Position numbers and translations under genes: made by a program. A DNA stretch of 64,000 nt, taken from the NCBI GenBank assembly GCA_963728075.1, contig CAVSIP010000001.1, positions 147,799 through 211,798 of the forward strand, in the 5' to 3' direction. Positions 17,419 to 26,514 of the stretch are shown here, one piece after another; positions within the stretch are counted from its first letter, which is position 1, and the number at the start of each line of letters is the position of its first letter. A model generated the notes under the pieces. The model saw nothing but the letters and a program-made list of their open reading frames with translations. It was not told the origin of the DNA and did not search any database. Origin of the DNA: an uncultured Actinomycetota bacterium (GTDB lineage: Bacteria > Actinomycetota > Actinomycetes > JAFAQI01 > DASSKL01).

Positions 17419-17865
17419 ATGGCAGACGTTGTGCTTCTGGGCGTCCAGGCCCGCCGCGCCGGTCTCCGGCGCGCGATGGGGGAGCTGGAGAAGGCCACTG
17501 CGGCCCCGCTCGCGGGTCGTGCGGAGGCGTGGCGCGAGCACCTCGTCCCGGCCCTCGACGCGCTCGTCGTCGCCTGGGACAAGCACGTGGCGGAGACCGA
17601 GAGCGAGCACGGGCTGTTCGCGGAGGTCCGTACGGAGGCTCCCCGGCTCGTCCCCTACCTCGAGCGGCTCGGCGCCGAGCACGCCGCCGTACGCGTCGCG
17701 CTGGACGGGCTGCGTGGCGAGGCCATGAGCCAGGATGCGGACGAGCAGCGGCTCGGAGCCGTTCGCGAAGGCGTCGTGGACCTGCTCGCCCAGCTCGTCC
17801 GCCACCGCCAGGTCGGCGCGGACCTGCTCTACCAGGCGTACCAGGTCGACCTCGGCGGCGGCTGA
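17419..17865 (+). CDS. hypothetical helical protein (148 aa)
   Basis: AAGGAGG lies 7 nt upstream of the ATG at 17419. GC3 is high. The sequence is predicted all-helical by eye (MADVVLLGVQARRAGLRRAMGELEKA...HRQVGADLLYQAYQVDLGGG). I do not recognise a family with confidence. Confidence 0.6.
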   Translation: MADVVLLGVQARRAGLRRAMGELEKATAAPLAGRAEAWREHLVPALDALVVAWDKHVAETESEHGLFAEVRTEAPRLVPYLERLGAEHAAVRVALDGLRGEAMSQDADEQRLGAVREGVVDLLAQLVRHRQVGADLLYQAYQVDLGGG

Positions 17866-17913
17866 GCTCGGCAGCGGCGCCCGTGAGCGCCGCCTTCGTG
17901 CGGCCCAGCACCA

Positions 17914-17973
17914 CCTTCGTGCGGCTGGTAGGGGTCAACCAAGATCGTTTGACCCCACCCAGCCGCACGAAGG
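17914..17973. terminator. long inverted repeat / bidirectional terminator-like hairpin between convergent genes
   Basis: The left arm is CCTTCGTGCGGCTGGTAGGGGTCAA (17914-17938). The loop is CCAAGATCGT. The right arm is TTGACCCCACCCAGCCGCACGAAGG (17949-17973). 23 of 25 positions pair. An extra direct copy of CCTTCGTGCGGC lies at 17893-17904. Confidence 0.6.
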
Positions 17974-17990
17974 CGTTGGGATCCGACCGC

Positions 17991-18908
17991 TCAGGCTGAG
18001 TGACCCGCCGCGCGTACGGCCACGCCGACGAGCATGGCGGCGCCGTCCGTCGGCGGCCGGTCACGGGTCCACACCGCACGGAACGTACGGCGGAGGTCCA
18101 CACCGTCGAGGGGCACCTCGACGAGCCGGCCGTCGGCGAGCTCTGCGCTCACCGCCAGCCGGCTGAGCACCGCCGGACCCTCACCGGCGGCCGCAGCCGT
18201 CTTCAGTGCAGCCGTGGAGCCCAGCTCGAGCCCGGCGCGGAGCTCCGTGCCGGCAGCGGTGAGCGCCTGGGCGAACGCCTCCCGGGTCCCGGAGCCGGGC
18301 TCCCGGACCACCAGCCGCTCGGCACTGAGCAGGGCGGGGGACAGCGGTGTACGCCGGCGAGCCCAGCGGTGGGTGGGGGAGACGACGACGACCAGCTCGT
18401 CCCCGCCCACCCTCCGCGAGGCCAGCCCGGGAGGAGCGGACGGGCCCTCGACGAACCCGACGGCGACCGTGCCCGCCCGGACGAGCTCGGTGACGCTGGC
18501 CGAGTTGCCGACGCGCAGCGACACGACCGCATCCGGGTCCCGGTGGTGCAGCGCGGTCAGCCAGCGCGGGAACAGCTCGTCGGCGATGGTGAGCGAGGCG
18601 GCGACGTGGATCCGTTCGGGGTCGCGCTGGCGCAGCGCCTCGACGGCGGAGCCGAGCCGCTCGGCCGCCTCGAGCACCGGCCGCGCCCAGCCGACGACGC
18701 TCTCTCCTGCGGGGGTAGGGCGAGAGCCGCCCGGGGTGCGAACCAGGAGCTGCACGCCGACCCGGCGCTCGAGTGCCTGCAGGCGCAGGCTCGCGGACGG
18801 TTGGCTGATCCCGTGGAGCGCGGCGGCGCGGCTGACGCTGCCCGTCGCCGCCACGGTGACCAGGAGGTCCAGGGCTGCGAGCTCGGGGATACGCGGGGGC
18901 AGGGGCAT
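17991..18908 (-). CDS. LysR family transcriptional regulator
   Basis: 305-aa ORF. The HTH reads LDLLVTVAATGSVSRAAALHGISQPSASLRLQALERRVGVQLL. It is divergent from a YeiH-type membrane gene, the classic YeiE/YeiH pairing. Confidence 0.9.
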   Translation of the reverse strand: MPLPPRIPELAALDLLVTVAATGSVSRAAALHGISQPSASLRLQALERRVGVQLLVRTPGGSRPTPAGESVVGWARPVLEAAERLGSAVEALRQRDPERIHVAASLTIADELFPRWLTALHHRDPDAVVSLRVGNSASVTELVRAGTVAVGFVEGPSAPPGLASRRVGGDELVVVVSPTHRWARRRTPLSPALLSAERLVVREPGSGTREAFAQALTAAGTELRAGLELGSTAALKTAAAAGEGPAVLSRLAVSAELADGRLVEVPLDGVDLRRTFRAVWTRDRPPTDGAAMLVGVAVRAAGHSA

Positions 18909-18930
18909 AGGAATACGTTATGGCCTCATA
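18908..18930. promoter_or_regulatory. AT-rich patch with T-N11-A LysR-box candidate
   Basis: TAGGAATACGTTA (18908-18920) fits T-N11-A. The adjacent TATGGCCTCATA (18919-18930) has dyad ends. This is the most AT-rich spot in the lysR/yeiH spacer. Confidence 0.3.
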
Positions 18931-19004
18931 CGCAGGTGGCGCGTGCCGGTCGGCCAGCCGTCGAGTGACCCTGGACACCACGTCCACGACCACCGGGGGA
19001 GCCC

Positions 19005-20057
19005 ATGTCCACCGCCGTCTTCGAGCGGGTGCGCACGACGTCCTGGGCGCTGCCCGGCATGCGCTCCCGGGTGCCGGGGCTGGCCGCCGTCGCCGTGGTC
19101 GCCGTTGTGGCGACCCGGCTGGGCAGCTGGTTCCCCGTGATCGGGGCACCGGTGTTCGGCATCGTGCTGGGGGTCGCCGGCGCGCTGGTGCTGCGCCGGC
19201 GACAGGGGGTCGGCGAGGTGCTCGCGCCCGGGGTCACGTTGGCCGCCGCGCCGCTGTTGAAGCTGTCGGTGGTGCTGCTGGGCACCGGGCTCTCGCTCGC
19301 GCAGGTGGTCCGTACGGGTGCCGGCTCGCTGCCCGTGATGCTCGGGACGCTCGCGGTCGCCCTCGGCGGCGCTGTGGTCGGCGGGCGGCTGCTCAACGTC
19401 GGTGGGGCCACCCGCACGCTCGTCGGCGTCGGTACCGGGATCTGTGGCGCTTCCGCCATCGCGGCGACGACGGCGGTGATCGGCGCCGCCGAGAGCGAGG
19501 TCGCGTACGCGATCGCGACGATCTTCACGTTCAACGTCGCCGCGGTCCTGCTCTTCCCGGTGCTCGGCCACCTGCTGGGGCTGTCCCAGCACGCGTTCGG
19601 GCTGTGGGCCGGCACCGCGGTCAACGACACCTCGTCGGTGGTCGCCGCGACCACGACGTACGGCACCGCTGCGGCCGGTTACGGGATCGTGGTGAAGCTC
19701 AGCCGGAGCCTCATGATCGTCCCGGTCACGGCGGCGCTGGCCGTGCGCGCTGCCCGCCGCGCGCACGGCGGGACCGTACGCCGGCTCCCCTGGCGCCGGA
19801 TGCTCCCGCTGTTCCTCGTGGGGTTCCTCGCCGCGAGCGCGCTCGACACCGCCGGCCTGGTCCCCACCGGATGGCACCACGGGCTGACGGTGACCAGCGG
19901 CTTCCTCATCACCATGGCGCTGGCCGGCATCGGGCTGTCGACCCGGCCGGACGCCCTGCGAGCGGCCGGCCTGCGGCCGCTGGCGCTCGGCGGCGTCCTC
20001 TGGGTCGCGGTCGCCGCCACGAGTATCGGGCTGCAGGGGCTGACCGGCACCCTGTGA
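19005..20057 (+). CDS. yeiH: YeiH/UPF0324 family putative sulfate-exporter-like membrane protein
   Basis: 350-aa hydrophobic ORF (ICGASAIAATTAVIGA..., NDTSSVVAA) divergent from the LysR gene. Confidence 0.75.
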   Translation: MSTAVFERVRTTSWALPGMRSRVPGLAAVAVVAVVATRLGSWFPVIGAPVFGIVLGVAGALVLRRRQGVGEVLAPGVTLAAAPLLKLSVVLLGTGLSLAQVVRTGAGSLPVMLGTLAVALGGAVVGGRLLNVGGATRTLVGVGTGICGASAIAATTAVIGAAESEVAYAIATIFTFNVAAVLLFPVLGHLLGLSQHAFGLWAGTAVNDTSSVVAATTTYGTAAAGYGIVVKLSRSLMIVPVTAALAVRAARRAHGGTVRRLPWRRMLPLFLVGFLAASALDTAGLVPTGWHHGLTVTSGFLITMALAGIGLSTRPDALRAAGLRPLALGGVLWVAVAATSIGLQGLTGTL

Positions 20058-20083
20058 GCCGGCCGGCGCCGTACGATTCCGCC

Positions 20084-20299
20084 ATGGCCGCCTACGACTA
20101 CCGGTGCCGCACCTGCGACACCACCTTCGAGGTGCACCGCGGCATGACCGCACCTGCCGACGACGTGCGCTGCCCCGAGGGGCACGCCGACGTCACCCGC
20201 GTCTACCGCGCGGTCGCGCTCGCCGGACGCGCTGCCGGCTCGGCCGTCGTGCCCGCGCAGCCGTCCGGCGGCTGCTGCGGGGGCGGCTGCTGCGGCTGA
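20084..20299 (+). CDS. FmdB-family zinc-ribbon protein
   Basis: The ATG at 20084 gives MAAYDYRCRTCDTTFEVHRGMTAPADDVRCPEGH... with a Cys/Gly tail, GGCCGGGCCG. This is the CxxC_CxxC_SSSS pattern. Confidence 0.8.
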   Translation: MAAYDYRCRTCDTTFEVHRGMTAPADDVRCPEGHADVTRVYRAVALAGRAAGSAVVPAQPSGGCCGGGCCG

Positions 20300-20302
20300 C
20301 GC

Positions 20303-21004
20303 ATGCGGCTGCCACCCGACACGGTCGGGCTGCTGGAGGGCATCGCCACCACCCGCGCCGTCCGCCGCTTCCGCGCCGAGCCGGTCCCGGACGACGCGCT
20401 CAGCGCGATGCTCTTCGCCGCGACCCGGGCGCCGAGCGGGTCGAACCGGCAGCCGTTCCGCTTCGTCGTCCTGCGGGACGGGCCGCGCGCGCTGGAGGCG
20501 CGCCGGCTCATCGGTGAGGCGGCGCGCGCGATCTGGTCGGCCAAGGAGCGTACGGACGGGTACGACGCCGCGGCCGCGGCTGCCGCCGACAGCCCCAAGG
20601 CCCGGCTGGCCGCGACGATGCACCGGTTCGTCGAGCGGTTCGAGACCGTCCCGGTCGTCGTCCTCGCGTGTCTGGTGCGCTATCGCGACCCGGCCCCGAG
20701 CGAGGGCGCGTCGGTCTACCCGGCGTGTCAGAACCTGCTGCTGGCCGCCCGCGCGCTCGGGTACGGCGGGGTGATGACCGGCTGGCACCAGCCGGTGGAG
20801 GACCGGCTGCGCGAGGTGCTCGCCGTCCCCGACGGGGTGGCGATCGCTGCGACGATCGCCCTCGGCCGGCCGGAGGGCGGCCACGGCCCCGTACGACGTC
20901 GTCCGCTCGCCGACCTGGTGTTCGAGGACGGGTGGGAGCAGCCGGCGCCCTGGGCCCGGGACCCGGACGGCACCCGGTTCAGCGGGACGGGCCCGCCTCG
21001 CTGA
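20303..21004 (+). CDS. nitroreductase family protein
   Basis: 233-aa ORF reading TRAVRRFRAEPVPDDALSAMLFAATRAPSGSNRQPFRFVVL. Confidence 0.85.
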   Translation: MRLPPDTVGLLEGIATTRAVRRFRAEPVPDDALSAMLFAATRAPSGSNRQPFRFVVLRDGPRALEARRLIGEAARAIWSAKERTDGYDAAAAAAADSPKARLAATMHRFVERFETVPVVVLACLVRYRDPAPSEGASVYPACQNLLLAARALGYGGVMTGWHQPVEDRLREVLAVPDGVAIAATIALGRPEGGHGPVRRRPLADLVFEDGWEQPAPWARDPDGTRFSGTGPPR

Positions 21005-21446
21005 CGGCGGCCGCGACGACCGCGCCGAGCTCCCAGCAGGCCTCGAGATCCTCCTTGCCCGGTGCCCCCACGATGGTGACCGGCGGCCGGACCCGCTCCC
21101 ACTGCAACGCCCCCGCGATCGACTCGACCGCGCGCACCGCGCCGGCGGTGTCGTCGTTGCCGTGCACCCAGAGCCCGTACGGGCGACGCCCGGTCGCCTC
21201 CAGGCAGGGGTAGTAGATGCGGTCGAAGAAGTCCTTGAGGGCGCCGGACATGTAGCCGATGTTGGCCGGCGTCCCGAGCAGGTAGCCGTCCGCCGCCAGG
21301 ACGTCGGGCACGGTGGTGCCCAGAGCCGGACGGACGACGACCTCCACCCCCTCGAGCTCGTCCGTGCCCGCGCCGGAACGCACCGACTCGAGCAGCTCCT
21401 GCAGGGCCGGTGACGTCGTGTGGTGGACGATGAGCAGCCGCGCCAC
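20979..21446 (-). CDS. flavodoxin-like fold / NAD(P)H-dependent FMN reductase family protein
   Basis: 155-aa ORF reading MARLLIVHHTTS...ADGYLLGTPANIGYMSGALKDFFDR. Confidence 0.7.
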   Translation of the reverse strand: MARLLIVHHTTSPALQELLESVRSGAGTDELEGVEVVVRPALGTTVPDVLAADGYLLGTPANIGYMSGALKDFFDRIYYPCLEATGRRPYGLWVHGNDDTAGAVRAVESIAGALQWERVRPPVTIVGAPGKEDLEACWELGAVVAAAVSEAGPSR

Positions 21447-21468
21447 CGGCCCAGGTTACGGTGCAGCC

Positions 21469-22473
21469 GTGCCCTCCCTCCTCGTCCTCGGCGGCACGGA
21501 CTTCGTCGGGCCGGCGCTCGTGGAGGTCGGGCGTACCGAGGGCTGGCAGGTCACGGTGTTCAACCGGGGCACCCGCCCGGCTCCAGCCGGCGTCAGCGTG
21601 CTGCGGGGCGACCGCACGGTGCCGGCCGACCTGCAGCAGCTCGCGGCCGGGACGTGGGACGTCGTCGCCGACACGTGGTCGGGGGCACCTCGGGACGTCG
21701 CCGCCGCAGCGTCGCTGCTGGCCGACCGGGCGGAGACGTACCTGTACGTGTCGAGCGAGTCCGTCTACCGGTGGCCGCTCACGCCCGACGGGGACGAGTC
21801 CGAGGGCACCGTCGACGGCGACCCGGACGCCGGTGCGACCGACTACGCCGCCGACAAGCGGGGCGGCGAGCTGGCCGCCGAGCGGGCGTTCGGGCCCGAC
21901 CGGGTCGTGCTGCTGCGGGCCGGGCTGGTGCTCGGTCCCCGCGAGAACGTGGGCCGGCTGCCGTGGTGGTTGCGCCGGGTCGCCCGGGGTGGCACCCTCG
22001 TCGCGCCCGGCCCGGCCGGTGCGCCGCTGCAGTACGTCGACGCCCGCGACCTGGCGGCGTTCGCCCTGCGCGTCGCGGTGCACGGGCCGCGCGGGCCGTT
22101 CAACGTCACCAGCCGCACGGGGCACGCGACGATGGGACAGCTGCTCGACGCCTGCCTCGCGGCAGTGGACACCGACGCCGAGCTGTGCTGGGTCGACCCG
22201 CAGTTCCTGCTCGACCACCAGGTGGCGCCGTGGACCGAGCTGCCGATCTGGCTGCCGCCCGACCACCCGCTGTTCCAGACCTCCGTCGAGCGCGCGTACG
22301 CGGCAGGGCTCGCCTGCCGGCCGGTGGAGCAGACCGTCGCCGACACGTGGCAGTGGCTGCGCCCGCTGCCCGCCGACGCGGCCCGCGGGCGGCCGGAGCA
22401 CCCGGTCGGCCTCGATCCGGAGACCGAGCGGTCGCTGCTGTACGCGTGGACGGAGCGCGGCGGCGGCTCCTGA
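21469..22473 (+). CDS. NAD-dependent epimerase/dehydratase (SDR) family protein
   Basis: The GTG at 21469 gives VPSLLVLGGTDFVGPALVE, a Rossmann GxxGxxG. The upstream part of the 21313 ORF overlaps the divergent flavodoxin-like gene. Confidence 0.75.
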   Translation: MPSLLVLGGTDFVGPALVEVGRTEGWQVTVFNRGTRPAPAGVSVLRGDRTVPADLQQLAAGTWDVVADTWSGAPRDVAAAASLLADRAETYLYVSSESVYRWPLTPDGDESEGTVDGDPDAGATDYAADKRGGELAAERAFGPDRVVLLRAGLVLGPRENVGRLPWWLRRVARGGTLVAPGPAGAPLQYVDARDLAAFALRVAVHGPRGPFNVTSRTGHATMGQLLDACLAAVDTDAELCWVDPQFLLDHQVAPWTELPIWLPPDHPLFQTSVERAYAAGLACRPVEQTVADTWQWLRPLPADAARGRPEHPVGLDPETERSLLYAWTERGGGS

Positions 22474-22497
22474 CGGCGATGCCAGAATGCTGCCACC

Positions 22498-23691
22498 ATG
22501 GCGCCACCGTCCGCACCGCCGCTGTGGCGCCAGCCGGGGTTCGGCACGCTGTTCGCGGCCGCCACCCTGTCCCGCCTCGCGAGCGAGATGTTCTCCGTCG
22601 CAGCGGTGCTGTTCGTCCTCGCCCGTACGCACAGTGCGCAGCTCGCCGGGCTGACCGTCGCCGCCTCGACCATGCCGACGATCGTCACCGGCCCGCTGAT
22701 GGGCGCGTGGCTGGACCGTACGCGTCACCGGCGCACCGTCTTCCTCGGCAACCAGGTGGTGTTCGCCGCCGCGGCGGCTGCCCTGCTACTGGCGGCCGGG
22801 CGGCTCCCCGACGCGACGCTGGTCGCGTTCGGCTTCGTCGCCGGGCTGCCGTACCCGGTCCGTACCGGGGGGTTCAGCGGCCTCATCCCGACCGTGGTGC
22901 CCGACCGGCTGCTGCCGCGGGCGTACGGGCTCGAGGCGGCGAGCTACAACGTCGCCGGCATCGCCGGTCCGGCGGTCGCCGCCTCGCTCGCCGCGGCGTT
23001 CAGCCCGTCGTGGGCGGTGGTCACCACGGCGGTCCTCGGGCTCGCGGCCCTGCTCGTGCTGGTCCGGGTGCCGATCGTGCCGGCGGTCCACGCCGAGGCA
23101 CCGTCCCGGCTGCTGCACGCGCTGCGGGAGGGCCTCGCGCTGCTGACCCGCGTACCGGGCCTGCGGTCGGTGACGTTCGCCACCACCACCAGCCAGATGA
23201 CGATCGGGCTGCTGGTCGTCGCGTACCCGCTGCTCGCCGAGGACCTCGGCCACAAGCGCGCCGTCGGTGGGCTGCTGTTCTCGCTGCTGGCGGCGGGTGC
23301 GCTCGTGGGCTCCACGGTGTGGAGCCGGTTCGCGGCGCGGGTACCGGGGGAGCCGGCCGTCCTCGTGGGCCTGGTGGCGTTCGGCGTGGCGATGGCGGGG
23401 GTGGCGCTCGCGCCGACGCTGGCGGTCGCGCTCGTCGCGTCGGTGCTCGCGGGCCTGGTCGACGGGCCGCTGCTCGCGGCCACCCTCAACGTCCGGCAGC
23501 AGCTGTCGCCGAGCCGCCTGCGTACGCAGGTCTTCACCACCGCGGCGAGCTTGAAGATCGGTGCGTTCGCGGTGGGCTCGGCGTGTGCGGGTCCCGCCGC
23601 TGACGCCGTCGGCGCCCGCGGGATGCTCTGGGTCGTCGCCGCGGGGCAGCTGCTGGCGCTCGGCGTCGGCCTGGTCGCGCGCCGCGGCTGA
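22498..23691 (+). CDS. MFS transporter
   Basis: 397-aa hydrophobic ORF with 12-TMS-like organisation. A loop motif reads GAWLDRTRHRR. Confidence 0.8.
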   Translation: MAPPSAPPLWRQPGFGTLFAAATLSRLASEMFSVAAVLFVLARTHSAQLAGLTVAASTMPTIVTGPLMGAWLDRTRHRRTVFLGNQVVFAAAAAALLLAAGRLPDATLVAFGFVAGLPYPVRTGGFSGLIPTVVPDRLLPRAYGLEAASYNVAGIAGPAVAASLAAAFSPSWAVVTTAVLGLAALLVLVRVPIVPAVHAEAPSRLLHALREGLALLTRVPGLRSVTFATTTSQMTIGLLVVAYPLLAEDLGHKRAVGGLLFSLLAAGALVGSTVWSRFAARVPGEPAVLVGLVAFGVAMAGVALAPTLAVALVASVLAGLVDGPLLAATLNVRQQLSPSRLRTQVFTTAASLKIGAFAVGSACAGPAADAVGARGMLWVVAAGQLLALGVGLVARRG

Positions 23692-23771
23692 CCCTCCCCG
23701 CCGGGCCCGGACAGCCGGCGCGCGAGACAGATCAACTCGCGGCGCCTGGCGGCGCGGCGTGGCGGCAGTGC

Positions 23772-25643
23772 TCAGCCGCGCAGGAGCGGGCGCAGCGTGT
23801 CGAGGACGGACGCGTCGTCGATGGTGGAGGGGGCCGGCTCGTCGCGGCCCTCGGCCAGGGCGCGCATCGTCCGGCGCAGGATCTTGCCCGACCGCGTCTT
23901 CGGCAGCGCGGGGACGACCGTGACGTCCTTGAACGACGCGACCGCACCGATCTCGTCGCGTACGCGCTGCACCAGCTCGGCGCGCAGCCGGTCGGGGTCG
24001 GCCTGCACCCCTGCCTTGAGCACGACGTAACCGCGCGGCACCTGGCCCTTGAGGTCGTCGTGCACGCCGACGACCGCGCACTCGGCGACCGCGGGGTGCG
24101 CGGCTACCACCTGCTCCATCGCCCCGGTGGACAGCCGGTGTCCGGCGACGTTGATGACGTCGTCGGTGCGGCCCATCACCCAGACGTAGCCGTCGTCGTC
24201 GATGCTGCCGCCGTCCCCGGTCAGGTAGTAGCCCGGGTAGCGGGACAGGTACGACGCGACGAACCGGTCGTCGTCTCCCCACAGCGTGGGCAGTGCCCCG
24301 GGCGGCATCGGCAGCTTGACGGTGATCGCACCCTCGGTGCCGGGCGGCACCTCGCTGCCCTCCGGGTCGAGCACCCGGACGTCCCATCCGGGCACCGGCA
24401 CGGTGGCCGAGCCCGGCTTGACCGGCATCGGCTCGATGCCCATGCAGTCCGCGACGATCGGCCAGCCGGTCTCGGTCTGCCACCAGTGGTCGACGACCGG
24501 GATGCCGAGCAGGTCCGCAGCCCACTGCCAGGTCTCCGGGTCGGTCCGCTCACCGGCGAGGAACAGCGTCCGCAGCGACGACAGGTCGTACCGTCCCGCG
24601 TGCTCGCCCTGCGGGTCCTCCTTCTTCACCGCCCGGAAGGCGGTCGGTGCGGTGAACAGCGCGTGCACCCCGTGGTCGGCGACGACCCGCCAGAACGCGC
24701 CGGCGTCGGGTGTGCCGACCGGCTTGCCCTCGTAGAGCACGGTCGTGCAGCCGGTGAGCAGCGGCGCGTACACGATGTAGGAGTGGCCGACGACCCAGCC
24801 CACGTCCGAGGCGGCCCAGAACACCTCGCCCGGCTCGGTCGCGTAGACGTTCGGCATGCTCCAGCGCAGCGCCACCGCGTGCCCGCCGTTGTCGCGCACC
24901 ACCCCCTTGGGCTTGCCGGTCGTCCCGGACGTGTAGAGCACGTACAGCGGGTCGGTCGACTGCACGGGCACACAGTCGACGGGGGTGGCGGCGGCCATCG
25001 CCTCGGCCCAGTCGACGTCGCGTTCCCCCAGGGGGGCGCGGGCCTGTTCGCGCTGCAGGACGAGGCAGCGTTCCGGCTTGTGCTCGGCCAGCTCGATGGC
25101 GGTGTCGAGCATCGGCTTGTACTCGATGACCCGGCTGACCTCGATCCCGCAGGAGGCGGACACGATCGCCTTGGGGCGCGCGTCGTCGATGCGGATGGCC
25201 AGCTCACGGGGGGCGAAGCCGCCGAAGACGACCGAGTGCACCGCGCCGATGCGGGCGCAGGCCAGCATCGCGATGACCGCCTCGGGGACCATCGGCATGT
25301 AGACCACGACGCGGTCACCCTTGTCGACGCCCACGGAGCGCAGGACGCCGGCGAACAGTGCGACCTCGTCGCGCAGCTGCCGGTAGGTGTACGCGCGCTG
25401 CGTACCGGTGACCGGGCTGTCGTAGACGAGCGCGCGCTGCTCCGCCCGGCCGCCCTCGACGTGGCGGTCCAGCGCGTTGTGGCAGGTGTTGAGCACGCCG
25501 TCGGGGAACCAGCGGTAGAACGGCGCCCGGCTGTCGTCGAGCGCCTGGGTGGGCGGCGTGTACCAGTCGATGTCCCTCGCCGCGCCGAGCCAGAACGACT
25601 CCGGGTCGCGGATGCTCGCGTCGTACACCTCGCGGTAGGCCAT
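23772..25643 (-). CDS. prpE: propionyl-CoA synthetase (acyl-CoA synthetase, PrpE-type)
   Basis: 623-aa ORF. The N-terminus is colinear with PrpE as I recall it (YREVYDASIRDPESFW...WFPDGVLNTCHNALDRH). The AMP-binding motif reads YTSGTTGKPKGV. Confidence 0.75.
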   Translation of the reverse strand: MAYREVYDASIRDPESFWLGAARDIDWYTPPTQALDDSRAPFYRWFPDGVLNTCHNALDRHVEGGRAEQRALVYDSPVTGTQRAYTYRQLRDEVALFAGVLRSVGVDKGDRVVVYMPMVPEAVIAMLACARIGAVHSVVFGGFAPRELAIRIDDARPKAIVSASCGIEVSRVIEYKPMLDTAIELAEHKPERCLVLQREQARAPLGERDVDWAEAMAAATPVDCVPVQSTDPLYVLYTSGTTGKPKGVVRDNGGHAVALRWSMPNVYATEPGEVFWAASDVGWVVGHSYIVYAPLLTGCTTVLYEGKPVGTPDAGAFWRVVADHGVHALFTAPTAFRAVKKEDPQGEHAGRYDLSSLRTLFLAGERTDPETWQWAADLLGIPVVDHWWQTETGWPIVADCMGIEPMPVKPGSATVPVPGWDVRVLDPEGSEVPPGTEGAITVKLPMPPGALPTLWGDDDRFVASYLSRYPGYYLTGDGGSIDDDGYVWVMGRTDDVINVAGHRLSTGAMEQVVAAHPAVAECAVVGVHDDLKGQVPRGYVVLKAGVQADPDRLRAELVQRVRDEIGAVASFKDVTVVPALPKTRSGKILRRTMRALAEGRDEPAPSTIDDASVLDTLRPLLRG

Positions 25644-25665
25644 GACCGGAACCTACGCTGCGTGC

Positions 25666-25803
25666 ATGGACGACATCGACCCCGAGGACGACCTCGGCGG
25701 CGACCCGGCCTGCTGGCTGCCCCGCGTCTGCCCGGCCTGCGGCCGGCTGAACGAGCAGCCCCCGCCTCCCGTGTGCGAACGCTGCGGGACGCCCCTGGAG
25801 TGA
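25666..25803 (+). CDS. small zinc-ribbon protein (45 aa), not in ORF track
   Basis: ATG at 25666, TGA at 25801-25803. The product is MDDIDPEDDLGGDPACWLPRVCPACGRLNEQPPPPVCERCGTPLE. 43 of 45 codons end in G or C. There are two CxxC pairs. The stop lies 6 nt before the dedA start. Confidence 0.55.
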   Translation: MDDIDPEDDLGGDPACWLPRVCPACGRLNEQPPPPVCERCGTPLE

Positions 25804-25809
25804 GCGTGG

Positions 25810-26514
25810 GTGCGGCAGGATGTGGTGGTGAGCGCGGTCGCCCAGAACATCCTGCACATGTCGGGATGGGCCGTGCTCGGACTCGTCTTCCTGCTGCCTG
25901 CGCTGGAGGCCTCCGCCTTCGTCGGGTTCGTCTTCCCCGGTGAGGTCGCCTGCCTGCTCGGCGGGGTCGCCGCCTTCGACGGCCGGGTGTCGCTCCCGGC
26001 GGTCATCGTGGCAGCCGTTGCCGGGGCCGTCGTCGGGGACAGCGTCGGGTACGCGATCGGGCGGCGGTTCGGTGAGCCGCTGCTCGCGCGGCTGCCCCGG
26101 CGGGTGGTCAAGCCGGACCACATCGAGCGGGCCAAGGCGGCGATCAACCGGCTGGGCGGCAAGGCGGTGTTCGTCGGCCGCTTCACCGCGGCGCTGCGGG
26201 TGCTCGTCCCCGGGCTGTGCGGCATGGCGCGGATGCCGTACCGCACCTTCGCTGTCTGGAACGTCTCCGGTGGGCTGCTGTGGGCCGGCGGTTCGGTGGT
26301 CCTCGGCTACCTCGCCGGCACCGGCTGGCGGACCCTCGAGCACCGTCTGACCGTCGGCGGGCTGGTGCTCGCCGGCATCGTCGTCCTTGCGCTCGTCGTG
26401 CTCGTGCTCATCCGGCGGCGGCGTCAGCGAGCGGTGCCGACGCGCGGACCCCGGCGACGCTCGCGACCAGCCCGGCCTCGGTGTTCCCGAGCGCCGGGCC
26501 GGAGGAGTAGCTGA
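25810..26514 (+). CDS. DedA/SNARE-associated family membrane protein
   Basis: 234-aa ORF reading LEASAFVGFVFPGEV...GDSVGYAIGRRFG...GGKAVFVGRFTAALRVLVP. Confidence 0.85.
   Translation: MRQDVVVSAVAQNILHMSGWAVLGLVFLLPALEASAFVGFVFPGEVACLLGGVAAFDGRVSLPAVIVAAVAGAVVGDSVGYAIGRRFGEPLLARLPRRVVKPDHIERAKAAINRLGGKAVFVGRFTAALRVLVPGLCGMARMPYRTFAVWNVSGGLLWAGGSVVLGYLAGTGWRTLEHRLTVGGLVLAGIVVLALVVLVLIRRRRQRAVPTRGPRRRSRPARPRCSRAPGRRSS

Noticed and set aside
26408-26514. Convergent 3' overlaps as possible antisense regulation. These are dedA/MFS (107 nt), pseudokinase/TIGR01777 (50 nt), nitroreductase/flavodoxin-like (26 nt) and DUF222/P-loop (19 nt).
   Set aside because: Stop codons are scarce in DNA this GC-rich. 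C-terminal tails therefore often run on as low-complexity Arg/Pro sequence (for example the dedA tail RRRRQRAVPTRGPRRRSRPARP). No specific structure supports a regulatory role.
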